A stretch of DNA of 64,000 nt from an uncultured virus (IMG/VR IMGVR_UViG_3300044641_005651). Lineage: Duplodnaviria > Heunggongvirae > Uroviricota > Caudoviricetes. Location: the IMG/VR virus record IMGVR_UViG_3300044641_005651. One strand, 5' to 3'. Under the pieces are notes generated by a model, which saw nothing but the letters and a program-made list of their open reading frames with translations, had not been told where the DNA came from and made no database searches. Each line of letters starts with the position of its first letter. Position 1 is the stretch's first letter. This document shows positions 16,712 through 25,635 of this stretch, one piece after another. The translations under genes and the position numbers were made by a program.

Positions 16712-18185
16712 TTTGTTTTTTGTAAATTGTATTGCCTACTACCAACACATCTATGTCTGTTGATTTAAATAAGTTCATGGCATTCTCAATCCAGCCTGCT
16801 ATAGGTTTTCCTGCTTCGTTAAGGCTTGTGTTTAATAATAAAGGGCACCCCGATAGTTCATGGAAAACTTCTAACAATTTTCTAAAAGCATAGTCAAACG
16901 ATTCATTGACAGTTTGAGCGCGACAAGTTCCGTCGACATGAGTTATAGCTTGTAAATTATCTTTTTGTGTTGTGCCTAGATAAAGCATATACGGATTTTC
17001 AAAATCTAGATCAAAATATTCTTTGCCATACTCTTGCAAAACACTAGCTCCAAAAGGTCTGTAGTACTCTCTATTTTTAACCCTATTAATTATATCTTTT
17101 CCATTTTTAATTCTTGGGTCCATTAGTATAGATCTGTGCCCTAATGCTCGTGGACCTATCTCACCATGTCCTTGATACCATGCAACAATTTTACCTTCAT
17201 TTAAAAATTTAGCTGTTTGATATATGGTATCAATAGTAGGTTGGCTATGTGGAGACTGATCAGACTGCATGAATGGATATCTAGACATATTAAACTTAGG
17301 TAAATTTTTTGATTGTCTAAATAGTTCAAGTGTTCCAAAAGTTAATCCCTCATCGCTGCAATGTGGATATATTATGAGATTGGGGTATTTTTTCTTTAAC
17401 AACGTATTCCAAACAACATTTTGTGCTACTCCACCTGAATAGCCTATTCTCTCATGCGGTTTGAAATGTTTTTCAAAAAATTCTAGTAGTAATTCGCCTA
17501 TTCTAAAATGAATAGTGTGAGCAATATCTAATTTTTGTTGCAGAGGTAATGTTCTATCAACAAAATATAAATGATCGTCAGATGCAACTGTCCATTTCCA
17601 AGGTCTGTCTTTACGCATACCTTTAACTGCAGTGCTAGTATAGTTCATGTTGTACTTTAAAAGATTTTCATAATGTTTCAAATTTAATCTACCATAACTT
17701 TGCCAACCCATAAGTTTACCCGCAAGATCAAGGCCATGACCTTCAATATCTAAATAATTTGCTATTATCCCCAAACCGTCGCCAAAACTTACGCCAGAAT
17801 TAGAGGTAAGTATTTGGCTTATAATTTTATCATCTCTAAAAATGCTACACCAAAGATCAGCGTTATCCCCTAATCCATCAACTACTACATGAGCATCTAT
17901 TTTTTCTTTTTCTAATATCTCTACACTATATGCATGCTTTCTATGATGCCCTTGATACTTTTGATGTTCTGAGTAGCTAATATCTAAAAAGTTACCATTA
18001 TATTTATTTTTACAATAAACAGCAATAAAATCTTGAATTTGAAATTCAACAGCGGACTTGCCAGTAATATAAAATCCAAAATGTTTATTTTGTAAAAGCC
18101 TTTCAAATTTTAAATAGCCTACTTTAGTATTAAAATAAGCTATGGAAGCATCATGATAAGGATGTGATGCTACTATGCTTAACAT
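16704..18185 (-). CDS. Carbamoyltransferase, NodU/CmcH family
   Basis: HDASI, GKLMG, SGGVAQN, EIGPRALGHRSIL, RPFG, HVDGTCRAQTV and LNTSLN motifs. Confidence 0.9.
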   Translation of the reverse strand: MLSIVASHPYHDASIAYFNTKVGYLKFERLLQNKHFGFYITGKSAVEFQIQDFIAVYCKNKYNGNFLDISYSEHQKYQGHHRKHAYSVEILEKEKIDAHVVVDGLGDNADLWCSIFRDDKIISQILTSNSGVSFGDGLGIIANYLDIEGHGLDLAGKLMGWQSYGRLNLKHYENLLKYNMNYTSTAVKGMRKDRPWKWTVASDDHLYFVDRTLPLQQKLDIAHTIHFRIGELLLEFFEKHFKPHERIGYSGGVAQNVVWNTLLKKKYPNLIIYPHCSDEGLTFGTLELFRQSKNLPKFNMSRYPFMQSDQSPHSQPTIDTIYQTAKFLNEGKIVAWYQGHGEIGPRALGHRSILMDPRIKNGKDIINRVKNREYYRPFGASVLQEYGKEYFDLDFENPYMLYLGTTQKDNLQAITHVDGTCRAQTVNESFDYAFRKLLEVFHELSGCPLLLNTSLNEAGKPIAGWIENAMNLFKSTDIDVLVVGNTIYKKQNV

Positions 18186-19128
18186 AATTTCTTGCACAAC
18201 TTAGCAATCGATTCTGAATACGAGATTCTGAGTATAAAGCTCTTAGGTGTTTACTATACTTTAGATCGTCTATCAATCTTTTCAACATTTTCAATTGAGT
18301 ATTTTTATTAATTTCAGATGTTAATCCTATATATTTTAAAAAGGTATTAATGTCTGAAAGTTCTTCTTCTTTATTGATTAGTGCTAAAAACTCTCTATGA
18401 AAACCAAAAACACTGATTTCACATTTGGTAGTATAAGTATTTAGTAATTCATATAATAGCCTGTAATTTTTATCAATCCAGAATTTTTTCCAAAATGTTC
18501 TATATTGTACTTTTAGTTCTATTTCATTAATAAAATTATCTGGTAAAAGATATGAGTAGAATAAAAATTCGCAAGGTTTATCTTGATTAAGAAGAACATC
18601 AATCGCTTCTTCTATGTTTTCAATTTTATCTAGATACTTTTTTTGAACATAAAAAGGCGTATGAGGTGTTAGAAAATAGTCTAATGATTTTTTTTTAAAG
18701 TAGTTACTGTAATCATCTACACATTTTTTTGATGGAAAAATATCATGTGCATGTATAGGGCTAATATTACCTGAGCCAATAGTATTTTTCCAATTTGAAT
18801 AGCTACTATTTCTAATAAAAAAATTCAATGGACCTAGAAGGAGGTAATCACCATCTATAAACTGAGAAACAAGTATTTTAATTCCCTGATGTCTAAACCA
18901 TCCATTCTTATAAGAATTTACCTTTGCAAAATCTTTGACACTTAAAACTTTTACAGAATTTTTGTCTTTATAATATTTCTCAATTAAAACATTCCACTTT
19001 TCAAAATCTGTATATTCATTAATAATTATCCAATGAACATACGAATCTATAAATTTGGATATTGATTCTAGTTGAAGTTCAAAAACTTCAAAATCACGGT
19101 CACAAACAATAGTAACTATATTCAACAT
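18151..19128 (-). CDS. Glycosyltransferase-like protein
   Basis: IVTIVCDRD N-terminus, GWFRHQGIK, TPF; weak family resemblance only. Confidence 0.4.
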   Translation of the reverse strand: MLNIVTIVCDRDFEVFELQLESISKFIDSYVHWIIINEYTDFEKWNVLIEKYYKDKNSVKVLSVKDFAKVNSYKNGWFRHQGIKILVSQFIDGDYLLLGPLNFFIRNSSYSNWKNTIGSGNISPIHAHDIFPSKKCVDDYSNYFKKKSLDYFLTPHTPFYVQKKYLDKIENIEEAIDVLLNQDKPCEFLFYSYLLPDNFINEIELKVQYRTFWKKFWIDKNYRLLYELLNTYTTKCEISVFGFHREFLALINKEEELSDINTFLKYIGLTSEINKNTQLKMLKRLIDDLKYSKHLRALYSESRIQNRLLSCARNYVKHSSITSLS

Positions 19129-19131
19129 TCA

Positions 19132-19782
19132 TCAATCTTTAAGAGTATTAAAACTATCATCCATAACAAACTCAGTCATATAACTATCGTCTGTATACAT
19201 CTTATCTTTATTTTCTACAGAATATATTGTAAGATCAATCTCATAACCTGGATTACTAGTTATAGGATCTTTCACCCAGGCATTGTCATGCCAGATAATT
19301 CTATTATTAGGATAAATGTAGTAGTTGCCCTCGTCCATTTGGAATAGGTGGCCGCACTTATGTTCTGGAGTTTCAGAGAAGTTAGTATCTAATATTGCTC
19401 TATTTTCAAAAGACCAATCGAGAGTGAACAAATATATACCTTCTCTCTTATCTCCTGTTGGGGATATAAGTTTAGCTCTTAGTCTATTTAGTCTTGCTCT
19501 AACTTGCACATCTATATAAGGACTAAAACAATCCCAATATATATGCTCATTCAATGCTCTAACTGGAGCATCTTGCTTCCAACAAAAGGCTGTTATAGGT
19601 CTACGAGTCCAATTTACTCCATTTTCTAAAAATGCTTCAAATAGAGGAACTCTATTCTCAATAGAAGCTACTGAGTGCATATTGCAAGGAGTATACTCCC
19701 CGTGACCTTTACGGTGATTAAACAGATATTCATTCCTAATATAACAAGGTATAGTAGGTATATTATGATTTAAATAAGACAT
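19132..19782 (-). CDS. Phage hypothetical protein
   Basis: 216-aa ORF with EHKCGH and YPNNRIIW motifs. Confidence 0.65.
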   Translation of the reverse strand: MSYLNHNIPTIPCYIRNEYLFNHRKGHGEYTPCNMHSVASIENRVPLFEAFLENGVNWTRRPITAFCWKQDAPVRALNEHIYWDCFSPYIDVQVRARLNRLRAKLISPTGDKREGIYLFTLDWSFENRAILDTNFSETPEHKCGHLFQMDEGNYYIYPNNRIIWHDNAWVKDPITSNPGYEIDLTIYSVENKDKMYTDDSYMTEFVMDDSFNTLKD

Positions 19783-20222
19783 TATTCACACCAAGATTTT
19801 TTTTCCTCTCCATAATACTCTCTAGCTAGTCCAGCTGCAATTAAAGATTTAGCTAAGTTTACATCGCCAACCATTACATCGGCATTAATTCTTCCACCAA
19901 ATTTATCCCATTTAACTTTGCTAAAAGTAATAGTGGTATTATTAGCCTTTGCAGTCTCTATTAGTTTTTTGGTGTGCTCAGTAGCTTTGACAGCTAGTGC
20001 AGCCTCAGAAGGGCACTTGGCTCTTCCACCTTTTTCTGGCGTATCTACTCCTAGAACTCTTACTTTAAGTCCTAATTCAGGAGGTAGTCTCATAGAGGCT
20101 ACATCAATCTCTAAAGTATCTCCATCTACAACTCTTAAAACTTTCCAGTCATATGATTTTGTCTGTGCAAATGCAGTTGTTGCAATAAGAACAAATGCAG
20201 TAGATAATAATAACTTTTTCAT
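19782..20222 (-). CDS. Secreted thermonuclease (SNase family)
   Basis: Signal peptide; RVVDGDT, RVLGVDTPE, DKFGGR and GLAREY. Confidence 0.9.
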   Translation of the reverse strand: MKKLLLSTAFVLIATTAFAQTKSYDWKVLRVVDGDTLEIDVASMRLPPELGLKVRVLGVDTPEKGGRAKCPSEAALAVKATEHTKKLIETAKANNTTITFSKVKWDKFGGRINADVMVGDVNLAKSLIAAGLAREYYGEEKKSWCE

Positions 20223-20595
20223 GATTTACCTAATTTTCCTTTTTTCTTTTCTCCAGTTTCTCTAGAGATAAGACCTCTGGCTTTTAATCTAGCCTCTGCT
20301 GTAGCTCCGACTGATTCGCCTCTTTTATACTTAGATAACATTTTATCCAAGTGAGATTTCATCTTTTTTCCCTGAAATCGAAGTGCCATAGATATCCTTT
20401 TTGGAGCTGTGTAAGTTGTAAGCAGATATATAATCGTAGAACTCGTCTAAGATTTTTAACTTTTTAGCACGTTGTTCACAGTTATATGGAAATTTTAAAT
20501 GAAGACCGTTACAAACTACGCAGCGCATAGTTAAAGCTTATCGTAGTAAGGTCCAGTAGTCAATAATAAAAAAACCGGGATTTCTCCCGGTTTAA

Positions 20596-20952
20596 TTAGA
20601 CTCCAAGTCCTCTATATTCTTCTTTTACTCGTATATTATCAGTTTCTAACTCTCGTCGCAAAACCTCTATAGCTTTCCAAGGATCACAATTACCGCAAGT
20701 AAAGATGTCTATACTAGCGTAATTAAGTTCTGGAAACGTGTGCCAAGAAGCGTGGCTTTCTGCTAAGAGAATTACTCCGCTGCATCCTTGCGGAGAGAAC
20801 TGATGATCGTGCACATGGATAATAGTTGCCCCTGTCGCATTACAGGCCATGAGCATTGCATTTAACACATTCTCTCTAGTTAGAGCCGGAGAGTCAAACA
20901 CCTCAATTAAGAGGTGTTTGCCTACGTAGTTTGTAGGATGAGAAAAACTCAT
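20596..20952 (-). CDS. speD: S-adenosylmethionine decarboxylase proenzyme
   Basis: GKHLL, FSPQGCSGVILLAESHASWHTFPE and DIFTCG; start moved to MSFSH. Confidence 0.9.
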   Translation of the reverse strand: MSFSHPTNYVGKHLLIEVFDSPALTRENVLNAMLMACNATGATIIHVHDHQFSPQGCSGVILLAESHASWHTFPELNYASIDIFTCGNCDPWKAIEVLRRELETDNIRVKEEYRGLGV

Positions 20953-20953
20953 C

Positions 20954-21322
20954 TTAGCAAGCCTGGCGAATGGTAAAGTCCCACTTTGCGTTCTGTGGCT
21001 CAAACCACTCACGGAAGTGAGCGACTACAGCCTCATTGTCGAACGGCTTGCAAGAAAAGATATCTAGATATCCATCGCCTGACTCATTGCACAGATGGGC
21101 AGTAATGCTTGAGGTTTCGATTGGCTGAAGTAGTGTGATACCGCATAGATCAGGGCGATCCTTTGGACCACAATCTTCAATCCAAGGAGTGCCCATTGAC
21201 TTCATGCCAATGAGTTTAAGTAGTGATTCGTTATATTGAAGAACATACGGAATGCTCTTGATTTTTTCGATGACGCAAGCGCGTGCATCAATACGTAGGT
21301 GATATCCCCAGTAGTTTGACAT
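20954..21322 (-). CDS. Second, divergent SpeD-like pyruvoyl decarboxylase
   Basis: WGYHL, QPIETSSITAH and YLDIFSCKPF; start moved to MSNYWG. Confidence 0.8.
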   Translation of the reverse strand: MSNYWGYHLRIDARACVIEKIKSIPYVLQYNESLLKLIGMKSMGTPWIEDCGPKDRPDLCGITLLQPIETSSITAHLCNESGDGYLDIFSCKPFDNEAVVAHFREWFEPQNAKWDFTIRQAC

Positions 21323-21499
21323 AGTGGTTCCTTTCATCAAATATTTAAATAAGATGAAGAAGCCCACTCTTCCATTCTTAATCTAGGGCTATCAGGCAGG
21401 TTTAGCTTAGCAAACTGCCAAAATGTAATATATAATACAACTTTCTTAAGTGTTGGGCAAATATAAAATGCCAGCATTTGTTTAATGCTGGCATTTAAT

Positions 21500-21571
21500 T
21501 GGTGGCTTGACCTGGAATCGCACCAGAATGGCAGACTTATGAGATCCGCTCGGTTAACTAAACCTCAAGCC
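21500..21571 (-). tRNA. Atypical tRNA(CAT), Met or Ile2, with a miniature D-arm
   Basis: ggcttga/tcaagcc-ACCA; gcggat-CTCATAA-gtctgc; 72 nt. Confidence 0.65.
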
Positions 21572-21577
21572 TTGCAT

Positions 21578-22153
21578 TTATAGCGTAGGACCGCCGACGG
21601 GGCGATTACATTCGCATAGTTGATCAGTAAGGAGTGCATCTAGAATACGTAGGGTCTCATCAGCACTACGTCCTACGTTTAGGTTATTCACCGAAACGTG
21701 CTGAATAACATCGCTAGGATCTACGATAAAAGTTGCACGGAGTGCAACACCAGAGGTAGTATCAAGAACTCCTAGCTGATAGGCTAGGCCTGTAATCTCG
21801 ACATCTTCTACAGGATCTACAAATCCTTCTCGAAGAGTATCGGCAAACATCCAAGAATTAGTCTTCTTTAGATCGGGATGTGCGTTTCTCCATGCTAGCT
21901 TGCAGAACTCATTATCGGTTGATCCGATAAGAAGAACTGTATCTCGGTCTTCAAAATCCTTATTTAGCTTATCATAAGCTACAATCTCAGTAGGGCATAC
22001 AAAGGTAAAGTCTTTAGGATAAAATACTATTACTTTCCACTTACCCGGAAAACTAGTCTCATCAATATGCTCAAAAGCATCCTCACCCTCTAATACTCCT
22101 GGCTTAACGCCTTTAATATTAAATGATTCTAGCTTATCTCCAACGGTTTTCAT
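21578..22153 (-). CDS. ahpC: Peroxiredoxin AhpC
   Basis: FYPKDFTFVCPTEI and RATFIVDP. Confidence 0.95.
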   Translation of the reverse strand: MKTVGDKLESFNIKGVKPGVLEGEDAFEHIDETSFPGKWKVIVFYPKDFTFVCPTEIVAYDKLNKDFEDRDTVLLIGSTDNEFCKLAWRNAHPDLKKTNSWMFADTLREGFVDPVEDVEITGLAYQLGVLDTTSGVALRATFIVDPSDVIQHVSVNNLNVGRSADETLRILDALLTDQLCECNRPVGGPTL

Positions 22154-22626
22154 TTCTTCTCACTTTCTTCTTTCAAAACATACTGTTGCATTTTATTGTG
22201 TGGTATTCCTGCAACATGAATACCAGGGGAACGTTGTCCCTTGCCGCTTTCATCAAAATAGTTTTTAAACTGTATATTGTACGGTCTAAAATCTACATTG
22301 GCGGTTTTATACGCTCCAATAGTCATAACTTCTATTGGAGACGGATATAGTTTATCGTAAGCAGCTTTAACTACTTTCATTACAGATTCAGCTCCTTTGC
22401 TGAAACCGTAAAGATAGTAGCATTTTTCATCTTCGACTATAGACATAGCAATATCTAAGTCTTCATGATAAAGTGTTATAGGATACAATCCTCGTAATTT
22501 AGCATAATCTTCAAAAGCTGCCTGATCAAATTGGCCTTTTAAACCACGAAAACCTATGATAACACAGTCGTTAGCATAGGTTTGTAGAGGCCATATAGTT
22601 AGTATGGTTGCGATTAGTTTTTTCAT
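22150..22626 (-). CDS. Secreted alpha/beta-hydrolase-like protein
   Basis: Signal peptide; YGFSKG (GxSxG). Confidence 0.45.
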   Translation of the reverse strand: MKKLIATILTIWPLQTYANDCVIIGFRGLKGQFDQAAFEDYAKLRGLYPITLYHEDLDIAMSIVEDEKCYYLYGFSKGAESVMKVVKAAYDKLYPSPIEVMTIGAYKTANVDFRPYNIQFKNYFDESGKGQRSPGIHVAGIPHNKMQQYVLKEESEKK

Positions 22627-22635
22627 TTTAAAATT

Positions 22636-22853
22636 TGGTGTGGGCTATGCACAAGAGCGTTGCATCTTGCCATGATCTCTTTTCCAATCCCCCACACAGA
22701 CTAGAACGTTCTGTCATCTCTATAAACCTTCACCAACCGACAGCTCAGAGTGTGAATTTGTTGAGAAATTTTACATAGCCTCTTCAACAGGCTCTCCTCT
22801 AGCAGTCTTCATTGACTGACGTTACGTATCGTGTCAATCCATCGTCTACTAGA
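22636..22853 (-). ncRNA. Candidate structured RNA ending in ACCA
   Basis: Several hairpins between tRNA-Arg and the next CDS; terminal stem gtggg/cccac followed by ACCA. Confidence 0.35.
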
Positions 22854-22856
22854 AAC

Positions 22857-22933
22857 TGGCGCCTCTGGCAGGAGTCGAACCCACAACCGCTCGGGTAGAA
22901 ACCGATTGCTCTATCCAATTGAGCTACAAAGGC
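22857..22933 (-). tRNA. tRNA-Arg(TCT)
   Basis: Loop TTTCTAC, CCA. Confidence 0.9.
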
Positions 22934-22987
22934 ATTTAACTTTATGATTAATAATATCAAGTTTAGAGATAACTTGCAACTAAAAAA

Positions 22988-23061
22988 TGGCACCGGCACA
23001 AGGACTTGAACCCTGACAAACAGATTTGGAGGCTGTCGTGCTACCATTACACTATGCCGAT
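22988..23061 (-). tRNA. tRNA-Trp(CCA)
   Basis: Loop CTCCAAA, CCA. Confidence 0.85.
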
Positions 23062-23065
23062 AATT

Positions 23066-23151
23066 TGGTGCCCGCAGCCAGACTTGAACTGGCACGCCTC
23101 TAAAGGCTACGGATTTTAAGTCCGTTGCGTCTGCCATTCCGCCATGCGGGC
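23066..23151 (-). tRNA. tRNA-Leu(TAA)
   Basis: acgga-CTTAAAA-tccgt, long variable arm, CCA. Confidence 0.9.
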
Positions 23152-23156
23152 AATAT

Positions 23157-23232
23157 TGGTAGCCGTAGAAGGAGTTGCACCTACAACATCTCACTAATCA
23201 GGTGAGCGCTCTGCTAATTGAGCTATACGGCT
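23157..23232 (-). tRNA. tRNA-Ile(GAT)
   Basis: ctcac-CTGATTA-gtgag, CCA. Confidence 0.9.
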
Positions 23233-23237
23233 ACAAT

Positions 23238-23331
23238 TGGTAGTCCCACCAGGATTCGAACCTGGACTGCTCTCTAATCTGGAGACAATGCCGAATATAA
23301 GTCGGGTGTTCTACCGTTAAACTATGGGACC
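23238..23331 (-). tRNA. tRNA-Ile(TAT) with an extra arm carrying a CAGAUUA loop
   Basis: ccga-CTTATAT-tcgg, then tctc-CAGATTA-gaga; 94 nt, CCA. Confidence 0.8.
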
Positions 23332-23340
23332 ATAAAAATA

Positions 23341-23416
23341 TGGAGGGCCCCGTCGGAGTCGAACCGACAACCTACAACTTAAAAGGATGCTGCTCTGCCA
23401 ATTGAGCTAGGGGCCC
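23341..23416 (-). tRNA. tRNA-Lys(TTT)
   Basis: Loop CTTTTAA, CCA. Confidence 0.85.
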
Positions 23417-23568
23417 TGATGTTACTGACAGCATTATCACATCCTAAGTAGGTTCTAAATACTCGGTTTTATCTACATCATACTCTCGGGTCATATAGCG
23501 TACGCAACTGAATCGTGCCTTATATGGCTTGCAATAGTAGACCGGGCATACCGAAACCGGTAAAAAAA

Positions 23569-23643
23569 TGGTGGGCCGTGACGGGATTGAACCGCCGACA
23601 TTCGCCGTGTAAAGACGCTGCTCTGCCGCTGAGCTAACAGCCC
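23569..23643 (-). tRNA. tRNA-Val(TAC)
   Basis: Loop TTTACAC, CCA. Confidence 0.9.
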
Positions 23644-23718
23644 ATAAAAGCCCCTGCCGGCCCGTGAGTTTCTTTCGTGGGCAGGAACGGTATGTTTTAT
23701 ATCAAAAACATACAAAAC

Positions 23719-23794
23719 TGGTAGAGCGTAGGGGATTCGAACCCCTGTTAACGGATTGAAAGCCCGCGATCCTAGGCCGCTAGACGAACGCTCC
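23719..23794 (-). tRNA. tRNA-Glu(TTC)
   Basis: Loop CTTTCAA, CCA. Confidence 0.9.
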
Positions 23795-23799
23795 TCAAT

Positions 23800-23874
23800 T
23801 GGTTGCAGAGACAGGACTTGCACCTGTGGCCTTCTGGGTATGAGCCAGACGAGCTGCTTCTGCTCCACTCTGCG
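23800..23874 (-). tRNA. Initiator-type tRNA-fMet(CAT)
   Basis: C1-A72 mismatch, tctgg-CTCATAC-ccaga, CCA. Confidence 0.85.
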
Positions 23875-23877
23875 TTA

Positions 23878-23995
23878 TGATACTTGATTGTGTGCATTTT
23901 TATGAGAATCGAACTCACTCAACTCCGAACGCGGCAGAGCTATTTACCATTATATCGGCGTGGCCTTTGCCTTCCATGCACACAATCAAATATCA
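23878..23995 (-). ncRNA. tRNA-like core enclosed in a long terminal stem
   Basis: ttgattgtgtgcat/atgcacacaatcaa stem enclosing an AATGGTA D-like loop and a tgag-TTCGATT-ctca T-arm. Confidence 0.45.
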
Positions 23996-24141
23996 TTGAT
24001 ACTTGTTTCCCGAATTTTACTCTCTGCGTTGTCGCCGCAGATCCTTCATCCGACAATGTTTTTCAAAACATCAACTTATATATAATACTAAAACTTAGAG
24101 CATCTAGCAATATAAAAATGCAATTTTATACTCTAGACGCA

Positions 24142-24183
24142 AAAAATGCGATAATCTAGGTTACCCTAAACTATCGCATTTTT
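24142..24183 (-). terminator. Terminator-like hairpin downstream of the large ncRNA
   Basis: aaaaatgcgata...tatcgcattttt inverted repeat. Confidence 0.6.
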
Positions 24184-24185
24184 GT

Positions 24186-25032
24186 AGGAAAGCTGAGATT
24201 ACACTTTCTATATTAGCACTTCAAGAGGTACCCTCTATTTGCAGTAGAGGTTTTCTTGACATCCACCAGATGCCTGCTAAGGTCACCCAGTATACCAACA
24301 GTATCGCCTTTTAAAGTCTGGCAGTAGACTTGACGTTATACGCTACTCTATATTATACCGTCCGCTGACCTTGCGAGCCATTAAGCCTTGCGAGCTACGA
24401 ATTTTTTAATATAAACTGATTTCACCTTGCGGGTTACATCAGACCAAGTTCTCTTTCGAGCTTGGTATTAGATACCTTTCACATATAACCGAGGCAGACT
24501 TTGCTTTTTTAAAACATTGACTGGATTTGAACCAGCGTCCGTTTGCTTCCAACGCAAATGCTCATCCACTGAGCTACAATAATAACCTACTGCGATGTGC
24601 TGCCTCGTTGCTCCGTATGGTTTTGACATACAAAATACAACACACCACGTATCTTTCGCGACGCGCGCTACTCGATCGTATTTTGCGACGATGTATAAGC
24701 ATTTATAGCTTATCCACTACCGCTGATACTGCAAAAATGCCTTTAGTTGCTTAAACTTCAGACAGAGATGCTACCCTTTGTTCTACCAACTGCTAGATTG
24801 GTGTTGTAGTGAAGTCGGCACCACCCGTTACATTCCAATAACTTAGGTTCCCCTTTCGGGCCTATAAGCTATCGTTTTCTCACTACACCTAGTTCATTGT
24901 TACCTCCGTTGCCGAAGGCTAGGAACTGGGCTTGCTTAAGTGGGCCACTCGGAGAGTGGTGCGGTTATGTAGGGATTACCGCTTTTATCACATTACTGTG
25001 ACTATCCTTATGGGGCTTAAGCGCCCCAACTC
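24186..25032 (-). ncRNA. GOLLD-like giant structured RNA, about 850 nt
   Basis: No credible ORF; many GNRA-capped hairpins (gcaa, gaaa); segments AAAGCAAAGUCUGCCUCGGUUAUA and terminal AAAGUGUAAUCUCAGC recalled from GOLLD; tRNA-array context; own promoter. Confidence 0.7.
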
Positions 25033-25230
25033 ATTATTTATCTATAATATCAAACTTTTAAGTAACTACCAACTAAAAAATGACTTTTCTTTGTCGGTCC
25101 TCTTTAAGAGTTTTATTTTGTAGGAGAGGAGGTTTTACCTGTCTCTCCGCTTCAGTTTTTATATATTACTAAACTTTTTAGCGTTGAGCAATATAAAAAT
25201 AAAAGAATTTGGTATAGTGCTATTTTTAAA

Positions 25231-25308
25231 TGGTCCGGGTAGCAGGATTTGAACCTACGACCCCTCCGCCCCAAACGGAGTGCTCTAGCCAGACTGAGCT
25301 ATACCCGG
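25231..25308 (-). tRNA. tRNA-Pro(TGG)
   Basis: ctccg-TTTGGGG-cggag, CCA. Confidence 0.9.
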
Positions 25309-25318
25309 TTAAATTATG

Positions 25319-25394
25319 TGGAGGACTCGACAGGAGTTGCACCTGCATATTACCGATTTGCAGTCGGCTGCCTAACTATTCGAACCACGAGTCC
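25319..25394 (-). tRNA. tRNA-Cys(GCA)
   Basis: gccga-CTGCAAA-tcggt, U73, CCA. Confidence 0.9.
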
Positions 25395-25396
25395 GT

Positions 25397-25471
25397 TGGG
25401 GTGACTACTCGGATTTGAGCCGAGTCTGACAGAATCACAATCTGTAGTGCTGCCATTACACTATAGCCACC
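25397..25471 (-). tRNA. tRNA-His(GTG)
   Basis: acaga-TTGTGAT-tctgt, G-1 and C73. Confidence 0.9.
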
Positions 25472-25476
25472 ATAAC

Positions 25477-25552
25477 TGGTGCCCCAGACAAGACTTGCAC
25501 TTGTTTCCTTACCCTTACCAAGGGTCTGTTCAGCTATATGAACTTCAGGGGC
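25477..25552 (-). tRNA. tRNA-Thr(GGT)
   Basis: accc-TTGGTAA-gggt, CCA. Confidence 0.85.
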
Positions 25553-25558
25553 GTAATA

Positions 25559-25634
25559 TGGTAGGTTGTCTCTGAATCGAACAGAGTTCCTTCGCTCTTC
25601 AGGCGAATGTGTGCACCAGCTTCACCAACAACCC
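25559..25634 (-). tRNA. tRNA-Phe(GAA)
   Basis: ttcgc-CTGAAGA-gcgaa, CCA. Confidence 0.9.
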
Positions 25635-25635
25635 A

